NCBI GenBank assembly: GCA_973895155.1
Contig: OZ316893.1
Span: forward strand, 10,793,660-10,857,659
Reading direction: 5' to 3'
Length of the DNA stretch: 64,000 bases
DNA from: Marsupella aquatica
Lineage: Eukaryota; Plantae; Marchantiophyta
The notes below the pieces were generated by a model. That model had not been told where the DNA came from, did not search any database, and saw only the letters and a program-made list of their open reading frames with translations. Below are positions 59,089 through 64,000 of this stretch, in pieces. A program made the translations under genes and the position numbers. The number at the start of each line of letters is the position of its first letter. Positions within the stretch are counted from its first letter, which is position 1.

Positions 59089-62055
59089 ATGACGGGAGGA
59101 GGAGAGGTTTCAACTTCAGTGGAAAAAGAGGATGGTCTGGCTGTTGCATCCACGCCTCCCCCGCCGGAAGCAGCTACTCCGAGCATCGAGGATGCCTTCT
59201 CCAGGTCTCACATTTTGGCATTTGGTCTTGATTGCCCTCTCCTTCGCCTGTACTGTCCTCTCTGTCTCTCTCATCATTTAGTTCTTAAGAGTCGAAAGAT
59301 CGACCTCTCTGTTATATGGATCAGCTACTGAATATTGTCAAAGATGAATGGTGATACGAAATTTAAAATTCATGTAGTAATTAGATGACCTTAGGAATAT
59401 TACTTCCACGCTTTACTTGATAGAAATGAAAAACATTTAAGCACCCAGATTGCGTATTGTCTAGTCCCAAATTTTATATCTTTAAGAAACAATGAATAGA
59501 TTTCATCGCCATGTGGAGAGCCTGTCGAGAGGGCACAATTTTTATCCCCTACTCATGATACTTGGTTTTATTCTAATATCGTCCTGGATACGATTTTTTC
59601 GAATGGATTCAGTATGTATAACATTTCCCATCACTGGACTGATGTTCTACTGTTTGCAGCCTTACTTTGGATGAGAAGTATGCACTGGTGCGAAGCGTGG
59701 GAGAGGAGTGCATACAAGAAGATGAGCTTCGAAACCTACTTGAAAAGAAAAAGGACCCAATAGCTTATGATGGGTTTGAGCCTTCTGGAAGGATGCATAT
59801 CGCGCAGGTATTTGCTGCCTAATGTGTACCAAATCTCTTTTCTCGACCTGTACGCCATTTTAATTCTGGTCTGAAAGACCAATCAAGAGACTTACACGTT
59901 GGAACGACAGGGGGTCATGAAAGTGATCAATGTCAACAAGATGACCAAAGCAGGATGTATATTCAAATTTTGGGTTGCAGACTGGTTCGCCCAGCTCAAC
60001 AACAAGATGGGTGGGGATTTGAAAAAAATTCAAAATGTGGGGAAGTACATGATCGAAATTTGGAAGGCAGTTGGCATGGACATGAACAGGGTTCAGTTTG
60101 TCTGGACGTCCGAAGAAATCAATAAGAGCGCGGCAGAGTATTGGCCTCTTGTAATGGACATCGCCCGACGCAATAATCTTCCTCGGATCAAGAGGTGTTT
60201 TAAATTTCCTTTCCTTTTCACCTTCATGGTTCTGAACTGATTCCTATTCGTACAGTCTACTTGCTTGGACGACAATGCGTACTTGGAATTGTATTCTACT
60301 CCTAACTCTGGCATATGCCCGCAGGTGCTCACAAATTATGGGACGCAATGACGAGGACGAGCTGACTGCTGCCCAGATTTTTTACCCATGCATGCAATGT
60401 GCAGATATATTTTTCTTAAAGGTTTATACCAGATTTTAGCCTTGGAGAGTGTTTTGTTGCTATGAAGTGTACACACCAAACTTATTTCGGTAACTCGGTA
60501 AGGATATTCGTGTATCTCTTATTAAGAGCGTTGAGATTGATTTGTAGGCTGATATTTGTCAACTGGGCATGGACCAACGGAAAGTGAATGTCCTGGCGCG
60601 GGAGTATTGTGATCAAACCAACCGAAAGTTAAAGCCAATCATTCTTTCCCACCGTATCCTCTATGGAAACTCTTGTTAATTTTGACTTTTTAATTTCCAC
60701 AGTTGTACAAGTATGCCAAATGCTATCTGCTGTCAGTGGACTCTTGTTTATATGGACATGGTTTCTGTCAGGGAGAGGGACTTCTTTGCTGTACTCTCTC
60801 ATGTAAGTGGATCCAAACATGATTTTTCTTTGACCAGCATGATAGATATGTTGCCTGGCCTACTGCAAGGTCAAGAAAAGATGTCAAAGAGTGTCTCAGA
60901 CTCGGCCATATTTATGGAAGATGAAGAGGTAAACTCATTTTCGCTGTTGACATTGGTAATCTTTTGTATAAGCATGCTCGTCTGAGTATCTCAAGTCTTC
61001 GGTGTACTGTTTGACCACCACTGCCGCTCTTTTTTCAACTGCGTGCTATTTAAAATCAAAAGGAGTAGTTATAACGGAGCGGCTAAGTTGCCCAGTTGCC
61101 AATTTTTGTGTTTGGACGGTGTCTGTTTCCCAGTTCGAGGTAAAAGCGAAGATCATCAAGGGTTTCTGTCCTCCTCAAGTAGTTGCAGGGAACCCTATTA
61201 TTGAATACACAACATACATTGTCCTCCCATATTTTGGTGAATTTGTCGTTGAGCGTGCTGAGCAAAATGGTGGAACCACGTAAGTCTTCCAGAACGTTGT
61301 TCCAAAGATGTCCATGATCTTTCTTGCTGTGGTTATAGTTGCATCTCCTGCTATGTCTGAAATGGTACTAAACGATCAGAAAGAGGTGACTCCTCACCGG
61401 GAACCATAGCAAGACCCATCACTGTCAAGGGATTGCATGTGCTTCTCAGTCGTTTCAAGAGGCTTGTTGCAAGCAGAATTAGGCATCCCCAGTTTAATCT
61501 GAAGGTTTTGAAGTGCCTACGCTAAGATGTCAGGATTTACAAGACAGCTGACCAACTACATCAAGACTATCTGAGCGGTGCATTACATCCTGGTGATTTG
61601 AAGCCTGCATTGATCAAGGCATTAAACAAGATCCTGCAGGTACATCCTTCCGGAACACTTAGCTGATGATTGTTGCTCCCAGCTTTCCATCTAGGATACT
61701 GCTCGATATTGCAAAGTGACATTTAATCTTCACATGTCTAATTAAAATTTTTTGGGATTTTTGTCCACAGCCTGTTAGGGACCACTTCAAAACCAATGCC
61801 GAAGCCAAGGCTCTATTAAAGATTGTGAAGGTAAATGCATCTTTGTGGATGTGCCTGGGTTTAATTATCTGAGTATCTGTTGTCAGTATCGGATTTTGAA
61901 ATGTCCAGTTTTATGGTACCATTTGACAAAAGTGTTACAATGCTAAGGGTATTAGTGCACTCGCAGCAGAAAAACCTATTAAACTTTGAACTAGTTAGCT
62001 AATTACACTCTGGATCATGATCTGCATGTGGCAGGGTTATAAGGTGTCAAGGTGA
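59089..62055 (+). CDS. TyrRS: Cytosolic tyrosyl-tRNA synthetase (10 exons)
   Basis: Exons 59089-59204, 59660-59807, 59911-60194, 60325-60421, 60548-60653, 60846-60928, 61134-61279, 61534-61639, 61771-61830, 62035-62055; motifs YDGFEPSGRMHIAQ, YPCMQCADIF, QLGMDQRKVN, KMSKS, LHPGDLK. Confidence 0.97.
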
Positions 62056-62794
62056 GAAGGACAGACCGAAAGGTAGGAACAGTTGCAACTAGCATCCGTA
62101 ATTGGCTTGTTGTTTTAGGATCTCCGAATGAGTGTATCTTTCCTATTGCTAGGACAAAATCCTTGATCGATGAGTAATTGTTCATCAGGGATTAGTTTTG
62201 AGGCTGTAGATTCTTATGGAAGTATGGCAGGTTATTCTTGCAATGATTTGTATTTCACCTGTAATATTTACGTCCTGTAGATCCAGACTTTTTTATACAA
62301 GTGAAGACGTGCATAGAGTCAAGTGACTTTCTACGGAGTAATAAAATGGCCTTTTTTTTCAACTTAGGTTTTTATAATCAACTTTCTCCTTTGGAGGACC
62401 TCAGATATCCGAATATGTCTTGAGAATTTTGCATGAATTCTGTATTTCCTAAAAGGTGAATTCGTCATTGGCTGATGGCTCTAGACCGGAACTCTAGATA
62501 AAGACAAAACTGGAGATGACTAATAAGGACAAAACTGAAGAGACAACGGTTGATTTCGAACGAGTTGATTTTGACGGTTGATTTCGAACGAGTAACTTCG
62601 TTCAAGTGCGCATCCACAAAAGAGCACACAATACCGTGGACACTGGCTTTTTGCTACAGCCTCAGCTACACTAAAATTCGTATGCAGAATTGAACGCGAC
62701 GACACTTTTGAAAAATTCACCGAACGTCAAAGGTCCTGTTCTACGCGGACCTCACTAGGCTACTTCATATTTTGCTTTGCTTCTCTTTGAATCA

Positions 62795-63016
62795 CAGTCC
62801 TCTTCAACACGACTCGCGTGTAAAATGTTGCTATGGATCAGAGTCCTCTTCACACGACTCCGGTGTAAAATGTTGCTTTGGATCAGAGTCCTCTTTACAC
62901 CACTCGCGTGTAAATGTAAAATATTGCTTTGGATCAGAGTCCTCTTCTACACTACTCGCGTATAAAATGTTGCTTTGGATCAGAGTACTCTTTTACACGA
63001 CTCGCGTTAAAATGTT
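62795..63016. repeat. Tandem repeat, ~5 copies of ~42-50 bp
   Basis: ACGACTCGCGTGTAAAATGTTGCTTTGGATCAGAGTCCTCTT-like unit. Confidence 0.9.
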
Positions 63017-63224
63017 ACTTACCTTTTGCACAGAGTTCCAACTTAGCCAAACAATTAAGAGAAGAATCCAAAGTAAAAAAAACGAGGTTAGTACTTCTAT
63101 GGAACCAGTTCGGATTAGGGAGTGAGGGTATGCACTGGGTTCAATGGGAAGGACCCTAAGTACACAACCCTACGAATAGCCCAACGGATTTATAGTATTG
63201 AAGCCATCTTGCCGAAGTGACTCA

Positions 63225-63565
63225 GCAAGGCTGCCAAAGGGTTGTATGACCTAACCTAAACTAACCTAAAATAACCTAACCTGCCCGCCAAAGGGATCTA
63301 TGAGCTTGGCGAGCAAGGCCGCCAAAAAGGTTGTATGAGCTTGGTGAGTAGACTAACCTAAACTGATATCAGTTACTGATAACTGAATAACCTAAACTGG
63401 CCGCCAAAGGGATCTATGAGCTTGGCGAGGAAGGCCGCCAAAGGGTTATATGAGCTTGGTGAGGAGATTAACCTAAACCTAACTGGCCGCCAAAGGGATC
63501 TATGAGCTTGGCCAGCAAGGCTGCCAAAGGGTTATATGAGCTTGGTGAGGAGATTAACCTAAACC
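63225..63565. repeat. Compound tandem repeat
   Basis: GCCAAAGGG(ATC/TTA/TTG)TATGAGCTTGG units alternate with TAACCTAAAC motifs. Confidence 0.9.
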
Positions 63566-64000
63566 GATATCAATGACTGATAACTGATAGGGTTAACAAC
63601 CTCTGAATGGAGCCATGGCAAGGGCCGCTTCCCATTTGACAGATAGTAGCTTAAGTAAAGGGCCATTTTTCCTTTGTGCTTTTTGTGACCTTCGTGTCAT
63701 TGCATTGGTTACGCTTTTCACAGAGAGAGGACCTACTTCGTTGAGGAGGTGTTGGCTATTTTGACAAGCAAAGCTCAAGCTGGGATGAGCAACGTTGAAA
63801 TCAAGCAAACATTTCTGGGGATGTCGTTTGGAGGAAGTGTGTAAGTTCATCTTGACGGTAAGCGCGTGTACAATCGTGGCTGTCTGGTTTTGTCGAATCC
63901 TCTAAAGTAAGAATGAAGCGCAAGGGAGGATCAAGCGGGGCTTCGGGATCAGTTAAGAAAGCCCGGTCAACACAATCAGGAAGGAAGCAGGTAGAGCGGG

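Noticed and set aside
63724-63840. Exon-like segment (RTYFVEEVLAILTSK..GGSV) with AG/GT borders
   Set aside because: Phase with neighbouring segments is unresolved and no family recognised; too little context at the window end.

Overview
Intron-rich land-plant genomic DNA, most consistent with a bryophyte (probably a liverwort; this is inferred from gene content and style only). Recognisable genes: the 5' part of an alpha/beta-hydrolase (AT2G44970-like, minus strand, runs off the window start), a possible small Gly-rich membrane protein, phosducin-like PLP3/TXNDC9, a tandem pair of intact 8-exon genes for secreted vanadium-haloperoxidase/PAP2-fold proteins (426 aa each), a frameshifted and truncated ISI1 pseudogene, and cytosolic tyrosyl-tRNA synthetase. 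The interval from about 15 to 39 kb is a transposon graveyard: a CRE-type non-LTR fragment, an inactivated Ty1/copia with TA..CA LTRs, a Sola-like transposase fragment, a 7.6-kb block built from nested palindromes and satellites, and a 1.47-kb AGT..ACT insertion with a 5-bp target-site duplication. The best candidate for an undescribed system is the secreted haloperoxidase-like gene pair. The most unusual non-coding structure is the array of about 15 spaced 40-50-bp hairpin palindromes at 34.8-37.4 kb. All homology calls are from recall of motifs and family sequences; no searches were run.
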